The notes: generated from the sequence alone by a model not told the origin. Shown: positions 21,634 to 31,534, counted from the stretch's first letter. The stretch: 64,000 nt of DNA from an uncultured bacterium (GCA_964421195.1 CAYQWL010000003.1:74-64073); one strand, 5' to 3'. Made by a program: numbers and translations.

Positions 21634-22458
21634 ATGAAAAAAGAAAAATGCGCTGTTTGCGGCGGCGTTTCTGAAAAAATATTTTCATCTAAAATAATGG
21701 AAAAATATGATATTTCATATTTTTATTGTTCGCGTTGTTGTTTTTTACAAACTGAAAGGCCTTACTGGCTTGATGAAGCTTATAAAAGCCCTATCAATGA
21801 AGCTGATACCGGTCTTATTGCGCGTAATTTACAAAACGCCTCATTAACGGCTCCATTATTATATCATTATTTTGGAACGCCGAAGCTGAAAAGGCCTTTT
21901 TTTCTTGACTATGCCGGAGGATACGGCGTATTTGTCAGGCTGATGCGCGATGCCGGCTTTGATTTTTATTGGAATGATCCATATACCAATAATATTTTTG
22001 CAAAAGGTTTTGATTATGCGCCGCATGCCGATGATTTAAAAATATCCGCCCTGACGGCGTTTGAAGTTTTTGAACATTTTTCCGACCCGCTTATAGAGAT
22101 AGAAAAAATGCTTAATATATCCCGTAATATTATATTCAGTACATTTCTCATTCCGGCCTCATTTCCTCCGCAACCTTCGCACTGGTGGTATTATGGACTT
22201 GATCACGGCCAGCATATTTCATTTTATTCGAAGAAAACTCTGGAATTTATAGCTTCCAGGTACGGACTTTTTTTTCATTCTTATAATTCTTGCTTTCATA
22301 TATTTACTGAATTTAAAATATCATCCGCCGTCTTTTATTGTTTATGCAGGTTTAATAAATATTATAATTCGCTTGTTATTAACAGGCGTTTGAAAAGTCT
22401 TATAACGTCAGATGCTTTAAAACTTATACAAAAAAAAGGCGGCAAATTTGATGAGTGA
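21634..22458 (+). CDS. class I SAM-dependent methyltransferase with N-terminal Zn-ribbon
   Basis: CAVCGG...CSRCC zinc ribbon and motif I FLDYAGGYG. Confidence 0.6.
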   Translation: MKKEKCAVCGGVSEKIFSSKIMEKYDISYFYCSRCCFLQTERPYWLDEAYKSPINEADTGLIARNLQNASLTAPLLYHYFGTPKLKRPFFLDYAGGYGVFVRLMRDAGFDFYWNDPYTNNIFAKGFDYAPHADDLKISALTAFEVFEHFSDPLIEIEKMLNISRNIIFSTFLIPASFPPQPSHWWYYGLDHGQHISFYSKKTLEFIASRYGLFFHSYNSCFHIFTEFKISSAVFYCLCRFNKYYNSLVINRRLKSLITSDALKLIQKKGGKFDE

Positions 22459-23167
22459 AGATATGTATCGTTCTTATTTTGAAAATCATTGTGTTTCATT
22501 TGATGAGTATCGTGATTTTAAAATTCCCGGTTATCTTATCGAAGAACTTCCGTGCTCGAAAGATTCCGCTATACTTGACATTGGCTGCGGCCCCGGACAT
22601 TTTCTTTCCAGCTTGAAAAAAATGGGCTATGCTAATTTAAACGGAGTAGATATTTCAGATGAGGCGGTAGAATATGGCAAAAAAAATGGGCTTAATATAA
22701 CGAAAATTTCCAGCGTTATAAAATATTGCAGAGAAACCCGGAATCGTTATGATTTTATTATAATGAGCCATGTCGCCGAACATATAGATAAAAATGAAAT
22801 TATTCCAACTTTAAAAGCCGTGCGTGAAAATCTAATGAAAGCCGGCGCATGTTTTTTTATAGCCGTACCCAATGCGCAGTCTAATACAGGATGTTATTGG
22901 GCCTATGAAGATTTTACACATACGACGCTTTTTACCGCCGGAAGCCTTCTTTTTGTTTTAAAGACCGCCGGGTTTAAAACAATTAAATTTCTCGATCCGC
23001 TCGGTATTTATAACAGCGGATTTTTGGCTCGTATTTTTAAAAAAATACTGTTTCGCGTTTATAAATGTAACATTGAATTCTGGAACAGAGTCACCGGAAG
23101 TTCGTATCATAAACAAAGCCCATCTATATATACTTTTGATATAAAATGTACGGCTAAAAATGATTAA
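22448..23167 (+). CDS. class I SAM-dependent methyltransferase
   Basis: ILDIGCGPGHF motif I and the acidic motif II DFIIMSHVAEH. Confidence 0.65.
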   Translation: MMSEDMYRSYFENHCVSFDEYRDFKIPGYLIEELPCSKDSAILDIGCGPGHFLSSLKKMGYANLNGVDISDEAVEYGKKNGLNITKISSVIKYCRETRNRYDFIIMSHVAEHIDKNEIIPTLKAVRENLMKAGACFFIAVPNAQSNTGCYWAYEDFTHTTLFTAGSLLFVLKTAGFKTIKFLDPLGIYNSGFLARIFKKILFRVYKCNIEFWNRVTGSSYHKQSPSIYTFDIKCTAKND

Positions 23168-24353
23168 ATTTATTAAAAAAATAATAAAATATGATTTTAT
23201 TTCTCTTTCGCTAACGGATTATCTGGCCGCTCGAAAAGGCGCTAAGATTCGTCTGGCGGCAAAAAAAAACGGCTTTGATGTAAAACGGCTTTTAATAATA
23301 AAACTTGATCATCTCGGAGATTATATTCTTTTTCGAAATTTTTTAAAAAGAATAAGAGAAAGTGAAAAGTTTAAAAATTATAAAATCACATTTCTGGGAA
23401 ATATTATTTTAAAAGAACTGGCGGAAAAGCTGGATTCAAAATATGTCGATGAATTTATATGGATAAATTTAAAGGATTTTTTTACCGAATATAAATCCGG
23501 ATATCGTTATAATGTTATTAAAAAAGTTTCTTCACTTTATTACGATATAGCTTTTCAGCCTTCGTACTCAAGAAATTATTTCTGGGGCGATTCTATTATG
23601 CGCGCCGTTGATGCAGGGGAAAAAATAGGCTTTGATGGTGATTTGAATAATTTAAAGGGCGTTTTGAAAAAAAAAGCCGATAGTTTTTATTCGCGGCTTA
23701 TTAAATTGCCTGATAATGTAGTTTTTGAATTTGATAAAAACAGATTCATAGTTGATGAATTACTTAAAAATAATTCGCATAATATTAATTTACCATTTAT
23801 TGAAACCGTCCCGGCGTTTTTAAAGCATGAGAGCGGCGAATACTGCGTAATTTTTGCCGGCGCCAGTTCCGCCAGGCGCCGATGGGGAATTGAAAAATTT
23901 GCTAAAGTCGCTGATTATATAGTTGAAAATTCTGGCTATAAGATTTTTCTTGCCGGAAGTACGGCGGAAGAAAATTTAGCTTTTGAAGTCTCGGCGGCCA
24001 TGAAAAGTGAAAAAAAGGAAATAATATGCCGTACCGCGGGGCTTTTTGACACAGCATGCCTGCTTGCCGGCGCCGCCGTGGTTATATGCGGCGATACGGG
24101 AGCCGTTCACATGGCGATGGCGGCCGGGGCCGCAAAAGTAATTTGTATTTCTAACGCCAATCACTATTTACGCTTTGTTCCTTATCCTGCCGGCCTTGAC
24201 GACAGGTTATTTTGTGTATTTCCAGACGTCATAGACGATATGATAGTTAAAAAAGGCGTCGCGGCTGTCATCGAAGCGTTTAAATACGGTTCTGATATAG
24301 ACATAAATCTTGTTTCGGCGGATAAGGTTATACGCATTTTAAACGAAAAATAA
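23160..24353 (+). CDS. glycosyltransferase family 9 (heptosyltransferase-like)
   Basis: LDHLGDYILF N-terminal motif and C-terminal CGDTGAVHMAMAAGA, which matches the GT9 GxDSGxxHLAAA signature. Confidence 0.7.
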   Translation: MIKFIKKIIKYDFISLSLTDYLAARKGAKIRLAAKKNGFDVKRLLIIKLDHLGDYILFRNFLKRIRESEKFKNYKITFLGNIILKELAEKLDSKYVDEFIWINLKDFFTEYKSGYRYNVIKKVSSLYYDIAFQPSYSRNYFWGDSIMRAVDAGEKIGFDGDLNNLKGVLKKKADSFYSRLIKLPDNVVFEFDKNRFIVDELLKNNSHNINLPFIETVPAFLKHESGEYCVIFAGASSARRRWGIEKFAKVADYIVENSGYKIFLAGSTAEENLAFEVSAAMKSEKKEIICRTAGLFDTACLLAGAAVVICGDTGAVHMAMAAGAAKVICISNANHYLRFVPYPAGLDDRLFCVFPDVIDDMIVKKGVAAVIEAFKYGSDIDINLVSADKVIRILNEK

Positions 24354-24424
24354 AGTTACTTGTTTTTTTAAAAATTTATGTGAATGAAAAATGAAATTTG
24401 TTATATTAAAAATAGAGGTTTATA

Positions 24425-25378
24425 ATGAAATGCCCTGCGTGTTTTTCTGAGAATTTAACCGTTAAATATAAAGATTTATTATATGACGACAGGTATGCTT
24501 ATCCGGGAAGGTTTTCTCTTCTCGTGTGCGGGCAATGCGGTCACGGCCGGCTTGACAGAGAATTTTCCGGCCATGAAATAACAAATTTATATACAGGGTA
24601 TTATCCCCGGTCTTCATATAGCATATCGGATTATAAACCGGTATGTATCGCTTCGGGCCTGGACGCTTTATTTGACGCGTCGGGCAGTTTTGCGTATAAA
24701 TATGTGCCGGAGCGTGTTCGTGTGCTTGATATTGGTTGCGGTTATTGCGAAACGTTAGGATATCATGAAAGCAGGGGATGCGATGCGTATGGCTGCGAGG
24801 CCGATGCCAATGTAAGAATGGTAGCTGAAAAATATGGGTTTAAAGTGCATATAGGGGTGTTTGATCATTCGGCTTATGAAGCGGGGTTTTTTGATTATAT
24901 CACAATGGATCAACTTATAGAACATATCGGCAATCCGGCCGAAATATTAATGGGGGCTTCACGTATTTTAAAAAAAGGCGGCCGGCTGATTATAAGCACG
25001 CCTAATATGAATGGCTTTTTCGCCCGCCTGCTTAAAGCTCGATGGCTGCACTGGCATGTTCCTTATCATATGAATTTTTTTACAAAGGAATCCATGACGG
25101 CTTTAGCGGAAAGAGCGGTTTTAAAATTAGTGTCATGGCGTACCATAACGGACCCTTCCTGGCTTACTCATCAGCAGATACATTTTACGGCCAGGCCGAT
25201 CGAAGGCGAAGCTTCTATATTCTGGTCGCCGGCGGCAAAACGCGGATTACTTGATAAAATAAAACATAAATTATTTCCTTATGCGTTTCATAAATTTTAT
25301 ATAAATCATTTATTAACAAAAATGCTCGATACCGCGGGTATTGGCGATAATCAATTGTTTATATTTGAAAAGCAATGA
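24425..25378 (+). CDS. class I SAM-dependent methyltransferase with N-terminal Zn-ribbon
   Basis: CPACF...CGQCGHG zinc ribbon and VLDIGCGYCETLG motif I. Confidence 0.6.
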   Translation: MKCPACFSENLTVKYKDLLYDDRYAYPGRFSLLVCGQCGHGRLDREFSGHEITNLYTGYYPRSSYSISDYKPVCIASGLDALFDASGSFAYKYVPERVRVLDIGCGYCETLGYHESRGCDAYGCEADANVRMVAEKYGFKVHIGVFDHSAYEAGFFDYITMDQLIEHIGNPAEILMGASRILKKGGRLIISTPNMNGFFARLLKARWLHWHVPYHMNFFTKESMTALAERAVLKLVSWRTITDPSWLTHQQIHFTARPIEGEASIFWSPAAKRGLLDKIKHKLFPYAFHKFYINHLLTKMLDTAGIGDNQLFIFEKQ

Positions 25379-25594
25379 ATGCGCGGCCGTTTAATAAAAT
25401 TTATCCGTACCGATGAATAATAAATTTATTCAGGCCGGCAGATGAATTTAAAATATTTTTAAAATTTAAAATTTAATTATAATTGATTTTATAATTGAAT
25501 TATGTTATGATAATGTGCAAAAGCATTCGTTTAATAATAATATTTTTATTAACTGAATCTTTTAAGGTTCTAAAATTATCGACGGAGGTATTTT

Positions 25595-26062
25595 ATGAAA
25601 GGCAATAAAAAATTAGTAGAAACGTTAAACAGCCTTCTTGCGGATGAACTAACCGCTATCAATCAGTATATGGTGCATTCAGAAATGTGCGACGACTGGG
25701 GTTATGAAAAACTCCATAAACATTTTGAAAAACGCGCTATCGATGAAATGAAACATGCGGAAAAGCTTATCGGCCGTATTTTATTTTTAGAAGGTACGCC
25801 TGTCGTAAGCGAGCTTAAAAAGATATTTATCGGTTCCGACGTGGAAAAGCAGTTCACTAACGATCATAAAGCCGAAGCGGAAGCTATAAAAGCTTATAAC
25901 GATGCGATAAAACTCGCGGGTGAAGTCGGCGATTTCGCTACTCGCGATCTGCTCGATTCAATTTTAAAAGACGAAGACGCTCATATCGACGATATAGAAT
26001 CGATGCAGAGCCGTATTGAACAGATGAGCCTGCCAATATTTTTAACTACTCAGGTAGGCTAA
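25595..26062 (+). CDS. bfr: bacterioferritin
   Basis: 155 aa. LNSLLADELTAINQYMVHSEMC...DEMKHAEKLIGRILFLEG holds ferroxidase-centre Glu/His and the heme-ligand Met. GGAGG RBS 8 nt upstream. Confidence 0.85.
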   Translation: MKGNKKLVETLNSLLADELTAINQYMVHSEMCDDWGYEKLHKHFEKRAIDEMKHAEKLIGRILFLEGTPVVSELKKIFIGSDVEKQFTNDHKAEAEAIKAYNDAIKLAGEVGDFATRDLLDSILKDEDAHIDDIESMQSRIEQMSLPIFLTTQVG

Positions 26063-26144
26063 TTGATTGGTTTCATTTTTTCTATTTTAAAAAATTGTTT
26101 TTAAATGTTATATTAGTTGAAATTAATATATTTGTTTTGAGTTC

Positions 26145-26190
26145 AAAGGGTTGTTCATAAAAATAAAATTGGACAGCCCTTTCTAATTTC
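26145..26190 (+). terminator. candidate intrinsic terminator after bfr
   Basis: AAAGGGTTGT (26145-26154) pairs with ACAGCCCTTT (26173-26182). This gives a 10-bp stem with one G-U pair and an 18-nt loop, followed by tTcTaaTTTcTTTT. Confidence 0.3.
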
Positions 26191-26352
26191 TTTTGAGCAG
26201 GTATCGTTAACCGGAGAATACATTAAAATTTTTATTATTTTATTTACTTTTCGTAAAATTTTAAGGCGTATAACTTATAAAAATTAAAATTTAAAATTCG
26301 CTAATTATATAAACTTTAAAATGATATTATATTAAAATATTCATTTAATTGA

Positions 26353-27996
26353 CTATTCAGCAAAAAGATAATGTATTATGAAAATAATAGCAGTTGCGGT
26401 AATGAAACCGAATAAATAAGAAGCGGCCATGCCGGCGATAAAGTAGCCGGCGGCGCTTGCTATTATAGCGCATATCACATTTAAAAATTGCGTTTTAACA
26501 TGGTAAATGGGCGTAATTTTACATGCGGCGGCCGTCATGACACTTTTATCGGAGTAAGGCACTAAATGAGCGCCTGATATCGCGCCGGTAACTACCGCGC
26601 CTGATATCACCGGTATAAGCGTGGTTCCGGCATGCGCCGCGGCCATTTGATAAGCGACGGGCATCATTATAGCCATAGAACTCCAGCTAAAACCTGTCGC
26701 TACCGTAATTAACATGGAAGTAATAAAAATTATAGCCGGCAGAATAGCTTCGGTTACAAAACCGCCCGCCATGCCCGTTATATATTGCCCGGTGCCAAGA
26801 TCGTTCGATATTTTCGCCAGGCCGTTAGAAAGCATTATTATAAGCGCGGCATGAGACATGCCGAATTTTCCGATTAAAAATATTTTAAAATAAGATTTTC
26901 CGGCCAGCACGCCGTCTTTTTTCATAAGATAAACGCAAAGGATAGTGGCTGCTATGGCGGAAAAAAGAAGCACTTCTATCGTAGGAGATTTCGATAATAT
27001 GTTAATTAGAGTGGCGGGTTCATTTCCATCACGTCTTAACAAAAAATATCCGCTTATAAAAAGTCCGCCAAATGCAATGGCGATAAGAGAGAGTATCGGA
27101 ACTAAAAAATGGTGCGTTCTGACGCATTTATCCATGCCGTCTTTATCATTACTACGCTCCGTTTCGGTTATAAATTCATCATTATGTAATGAACCGGTAA
27201 CTGCATTTATTTCATTAATCACATTTATCGTATTTGTTTTTTTTGCTTTTATTTCGATCAGGTTTTTTGCTTGATATTCAGGGCTTTTTTCTTTTTTTGC
27301 GTCTATTATTGTTTTAGTTTCCGCATCAGGGCGTTCAAAGCGAGTTCCGAGCCATTTGCCGCTGTATGCCGTTAAAAACGTAAAAATTATTCCAAGATAA
27401 GTATAAAAATGATATGGCAGCGAGGCAATAAGCAGTTCCATAGAACTTTTTTTCAGGCCAAATTTAAGCGAAGCTTCAAGCATGAGCGATCCTTCGTATG
27501 CGGCCCAGGTTGAGATTATAGCTACTGACGCTATTTCCGAAACGATATCCACTATATAACCCGCCTGCGCGATAGATACACGGTTAATAAAATTTATTTT
27601 TCTCATGGAAGAACCGGCGATAAGCACGTTGGCATAATCATCGAAGAAAATGAAAATTCCAATTAACCAGGTAGCCAGACGCGATTTCACGGCCGTGTCT
27701 AATTTGCGAGAAAGCGTGTCGGCAAGCATATAGTACGCGCCCGATGCCGACATTATTTCAAGCAGCCCGCCTATAAGCATCACGAATATAGATATTTCTA
27801 TACGTTCAGCGTCCGCGAAGGTAGCTTCGATGTAATGAAAAGTTTTTTCGAATATTATAGCCGCGTTTGCGCCGGATATTACAATAACGCCCGAAAATAT
27901 TCCAAGCGCGAGCGCGGCAATTACATTATGCGTTGCGACCGATACGATAATAGTAACTATCGCAGGCATTAATGAATGGAATGAATAATCCTGCAT
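26353..27996 (-). CDS. NhaC-family antiporter (Na+/H+ antiporter NhaC-like); candidate substrate/product antiporter for the adjacent decarboxylase
   Basis: 547 aa with about 12 TM segments in two halves around a hydrophilic central loop, which matches NhaC topology. Its start overlaps the decarboxylase stop by 1 nt. Confidence 0.7.
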   Translation of the reverse strand: MQDYSFHSLMPAIVTIIVSVATHNVIAALALGIFSGVIVISGANAAIIFEKTFHYIEATFADAERIEISIFVMLIGGLLEIMSASGAYYMLADTLSRKLDTAVKSRLATWLIGIFIFFDDYANVLIAGSSMRKINFINRVSIAQAGYIVDIVSEIASVAIISTWAAYEGSLMLEASLKFGLKKSSMELLIASLPYHFYTYLGIIFTFLTAYSGKWLGTRFERPDAETKTIIDAKKEKSPEYQAKNLIEIKAKKTNTINVINEINAVTGSLHNDEFITETERSNDKDGMDKCVRTHHFLVPILSLIAIAFGGLFISGYFLLRRDGNEPATLINILSKSPTIEVLLFSAIAATILCVYLMKKDGVLAGKSYFKIFLIGKFGMSHAALIIMLSNGLAKISNDLGTGQYITGMAGGFVTEAILPAIIFITSMLITVATGFSWSSMAIMMPVAYQMAAAHAGTTLIPVISGAVVTGAISGAHLVPYSDKSVMTAAACKITPIYHVKTQFLNVICAIIASAAGYFIAGMAASYLFGFITATAIIFIIHYLFAE

Positions 27997-29933
27997 TAGA
28001 ACAAAACATCCTTTATGTTAATTCCACGCCGTGTAAGTTCGTCTTCTTCGTCTTTTTTCATAACGCTTATTTCGCCGTTATTTAATCCATGAATTTCAAC
28101 GCCGTAATCTCTGTAAAAATCAAGTATTTCAATGATTTCGGCGGTAATAAGCTGGCCTGGAACTAAAAGCGGGATGCCCGGCGGATAAGGCACTATCATG
28201 GCGGTTGATACACGATTTACTGAATCTTTGAGCATAATTTTTTCTCCGGTGCAATAAAAGAACGCATAGCGCGGTCTAAAGCACATAGGTGAAAGCGTGA
28301 GCCTGAAATCGTCGAGAATTTTACCTTTAGATCGCGGACTGCCGTTACCGCTGTTTTTTTCGATGTTTTCAAGCGCAAAGTAAAGCCTGTTTATTTTAGA
28401 TTGCGTTGCGCCTATGGTGATTAAAATGGATATAGTGTTAAATGTGGTTTTTTCAATTTGTATGTTATATTTATTAGACAGGATATGTTCAATTTCGCGC
28501 GCGGTCATTCCCGTTTGCGAAACATCTATTGTTAATTTTGTTTTATCGAGACGAACACGATCGTTTTTTATTTCATCTGAAATAAGATCTTTTAATTCGA
28601 GCACCCTGAATTTTTTTAATGAGTTAACGGCCTTTGTAAGTGAATCTGACATTTCGAGCGCATGTGAAAGCAGCGTATATCCTTCAAGCGCCATTTGCTT
28701 GCGCGCGGCGTCAAGCGAGGCGATCATTGGATATTGCGGCGAAGTGGATGTGTGCATATTTAAATTTTCCATAAAAAAATCTTCGATTTGCTCGAAATCA
28801 GGATCATTAACGTGAATCATTGACGCCTGGCTGAATGCGCTCATGGTTTTATGCGTCGATTGCGTGGCGTAATCGGCGCCGGCGGCCATAGCGCAGGGAT
28901 AAAATTCATGATGAAAACGCGCGTACCCGAACCATGCCTCGTCAACTATAACTTTAATGCGGCGTTTATGAGCTTCTTTTACGATATCGGCGATATCATA
29001 AATAAGACCGTCATAAGTGCAGTTGGTAAGAAGGAGCACTTTTACTTTTTTTCCGGCGGCGATGGCCCTGTCCATAGTTTCGATAATCCGTTTTTTAGGA
29101 ACGGGGCCAAATATTCCATATTTGTTATTTACGGAAGGCATTAAATAAACAGGCTCGGCGCCGCTGATTATAATGCCGTAATGTACCGATTTATGACAAT
29201 TCCGGTCTAAGATAACGGATTCGCCTGGTTTGATAAGCGTTTGCAGCAATATTTTATTTGACGTAGAAGTGCCGTTGGTCGAAAAAAAAGTGCGCCGGGC
29301 GCTGAACGCCCTTGCCGCGAGTTCCTGCGCTTCTTTAATCACGCCTTTAGGATTGAGCAATGAGTCGAGCATTGGCACCGATACCGAAATATCGGATGTA
29401 AAAAGGTTCTGGCCGAAGAAATTAAAGTAATCGTTCATCCAGGGCGAGTTTTTAACCGAATATCCCGATGCATGGCCTGGCGTGTGCCATGCGTCGCTTG
29501 CTTTTTTAGAATATTCGACGAGTTTTTCGAAAAACGGCGCCCGAAATTTAGAGTTAATAAATTCAGATTTTACCTTAACGGCTATGTCGTCAAAATCCCG
29601 ATCGCCTTTATAAAAATAACCGTTAAGATTTTCACCGTTAAGCACTTTTTGCGCGTTTCGTTCGGCGGTATATAAAAATATGTTAATATCGTAACGAATT
29701 TTTAAAAATTCGTTTATCATTTCACGGCCGCTGATTTTTCGAGCTTTTCTTTGCTCGGTAATTAATTCCCATTCGGTAAGAAGGGTATGTATATTGCCGT
29801 CATTTTTAAGATATTCAAACGCTTCGTCGAAATTCGAAGCGGTGACTATTTTCAAACCGCGCGTCGTCAATTCCTTTTCTTCTTCTAATAGATCGCTTAA
29901 ATTCGGGTTTATTAGTAAAACTTTATATTGCAT
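27996..29933 (-). CDS. fold-I Orn/Lys/Arg decarboxylase (LdcI/AdiA/SpeF-type, with N-terminal wing domain)
   Basis: N-terminal receiver-like wing domain, an HTPGH motif, and the PLP-Lys motif STHKTMSAFSQASMIHV, which closely matches the LdcI/CadA SxHK...SQxSxIH signature. 645 aa. Confidence 0.85.
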   Translation of the reverse strand: MQYKVLLINPNLSDLLEEEKELTTRGLKIVTASNFDEAFEYLKNDGNIHTLLTEWELITEQRKARKISGREMINEFLKIRYDINIFLYTAERNAQKVLNGENLNGYFYKGDRDFDDIAVKVKSEFINSKFRAPFFEKLVEYSKKASDAWHTPGHASGYSVKNSPWMNDYFNFFGQNLFTSDISVSVPMLDSLLNPKGVIKEAQELAARAFSARRTFFSTNGTSTSNKILLQTLIKPGESVILDRNCHKSVHYGIIISGAEPVYLMPSVNNKYGIFGPVPKKRIIETMDRAIAAGKKVKVLLLTNCTYDGLIYDIADIVKEAHKRRIKVIVDEAWFGYARFHHEFYPCAMAAGADYATQSTHKTMSAFSQASMIHVNDPDFEQIEDFFMENLNMHTSTSPQYPMIASLDAARKQMALEGYTLLSHALEMSDSLTKAVNSLKKFRVLELKDLISDEIKNDRVRLDKTKLTIDVSQTGMTAREIEHILSNKYNIQIEKTTFNTISILITIGATQSKINRLYFALENIEKNSGNGSPRSKGKILDDFRLTLSPMCFRPRYAFFYCTGEKIMLKDSVNRVSTAMIVPYPPGIPLLVPGQLITAEIIEILDFYRDYGVEIHGLNNGEISVMKKDEEDELTRRGINIKDVLF

Positions 29934-30086
29934 TTTTTCCTCGCAAGACTTTATTTATGTTATTATACATCGCCATTATTTGTGAAAAATAAAATAAGCA
30001 GCGCGGCGGCCTGCGCCCGCTACTTACGAATATCGTTTACTTAAAAAAATTAATCTGGTAAAATTAAATAACTATTTATGGTTCAA

Positions 30087-30111
30087 ACGGCCCGGCGGCC
30101 GTCATATTTTT
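30087..30111 (+). terminator. orphan GC-rich hairpin + T-tract (terminator-like) in the decarboxylase upstream region
   Basis: ACGGCC-CGGC-GGCCGT forms a perfect 6-bp GC stem with a 4-nt loop (30087-30102), followed by CATATTTTT. No + strand ORF lies upstream. Confidence 0.25.
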
Positions 30112-30491
30112 AAATAAAAAACTTTTAAAAACGATTTTTAAAGTATAAAAATACATATTGATATTGATTGTTTAACCGTTTTTATTTTATATAATAAAAA
30201 TCGTCATAAAAATCATTAGTAATTTAAAAAGTATTATATAATAATTTTAATTAAATATCAATAGCGTTTAATAAATATTATAAAATTCCAGGAAACAAAA
30301 AGCCGTTTTATTATTTATAACACTAATTTTTCTTAAATTCTTGAGTATAGTTAATTTTAATTATTTTTATTTATAATTATTTGAGTTTTTTTCAAACAAT
30401 TATAATTTTAAAATGGTATAACCTTAAAACCGATTATCATGGAAATAAATTTAAATGGAGATAAATCGAGGTAAATGGAGGTAAATTTAAA

Positions 30492-31496
30492 ATGAAAAAA
30501 ATATTTATTTTGTCAGTAGCTTTTGCGCTTTTATCATACGTTTCGATTTGTTTTGCGGGTGATGCGAATACCGCGGCGGCAAAATCAAGTGTTTCAACCA
30601 CTTATAATACCGATATAATGGGCAATCAGATAATCCACCACGATATTAATCATACCCCGGAAGAAAGTTATAAAGAAGGAATTTCCAGAGGCCGGTATAA
30701 ACAATACTGCAATTATTCAGAGCTTTTTTCAAATCTTACTATAAATGATGGACTTATTGATGAAATGATCGCTTATCCTGAAACTTCTATGGCAAAAAAA
30801 ATTAATGCTGCCGGTAATATACAAAACAAATCATCATCGAATAATAAAATGATTTTTGTTGAAAACGATCATCATTACGATGAAAAATCCTTGAATAAAG
30901 GAATTAAAGATGGCATGGCTGAATATGAACACGAACTTCTTCACGATACTGAAAATGGATCGCTTTTAACAATTGAACAGCATTTTAATATGGGGTTAAC
31001 TTATATTAATTCAAAAAATTTCGAAAACGCCCTGTTGCATTTTAATGTTATAGTAAAAAACGGCGGCGAATCCAATCCGTATTATTATAAAGCTATCTGG
31101 TATAACGCATATTCAAACATGAATATAAAATATAATGAACGTATTGCTCTTAAAGTATTAATAACATATTTTAATCATTTTGATAAAGAAATAAAAGCTG
31201 ATTCGATTTTTTATGCAGGTAAGCTTTTAGTAGATATTTCCTGGAATAATGAAAACATGTCGAAAAAATATTATGAAAAAGCTGTGTTATTGCTTTCCTC
31301 ATGGACAAATAAATATGAAAAAAATAAAAATTATCTTGAAGCGTTATTAAAATTAGCTACGGCGCAAGAAAAAATTAAAGAATACGGGGCGGCGTATAAT
31401 ACTTATAAAAAAATTGTACGTTTGTTCCCCAATTCTACGATTGCAAAAGAGGCTGAAAAAAGAATGGAATATCTTGCAGTTTACTTTCCATACTAA
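30492..31496 (+). CDS. secreted TPR-like repeat protein (signal peptide)
   Basis: N-terminal signal peptide (KKIFILSVAFALLSYVSICFAG). The C-terminal half has helical repeats with TPR-like spacing. No catalytic motif was recognised. Confidence 0.45.
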   Translation: MKKIFILSVAFALLSYVSICFAGDANTAAAKSSVSTTYNTDIMGNQIIHHDINHTPEESYKEGISRGRYKQYCNYSELFSNLTINDGLIDEMIAYPETSMAKKINAAGNIQNKSSSNNKMIFVENDHHYDEKSLNKGIKDGMAEYEHELLHDTENGSLLTIEQHFNMGLTYINSKNFENALLHFNVIVKNGGESNPYYYKAIWYNAYSNMNIKYNERIALKVLITYFNHFDKEIKADSIFYAGKLLVDISWNNENMSKKYYEKAVLLLSSWTNKYEKNKNYLEALLKLATAQEKIKEYGAAYNTYKKIVRLFPNSTIAKEAEKRMEYLAVYFPY

Positions 31497-31534
31497 ATAT
31501 AATGCCTCATGTATAAAACCCGAAAATTTACCTC

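Noticed and set aside
25379-25594. Possible Fur box upstream of bfr (gttATGATAATGtgcaaaagCATTc)
   Set aside because: It matches only part of the GATAATGATAATCATTATC consensus, which is not convincing in a 75% AT region without a positional weight matrix score.
27996-29933. Annotation of the decarboxylase N-terminal domain as a genuine response-regulator receiver
   Set aside because: It lacks the conserved Asp pocket. This domain is the receiver-like wing domain characteristic of the LdcI/AdiA decarboxylase family and is not a phospho-acceptor.
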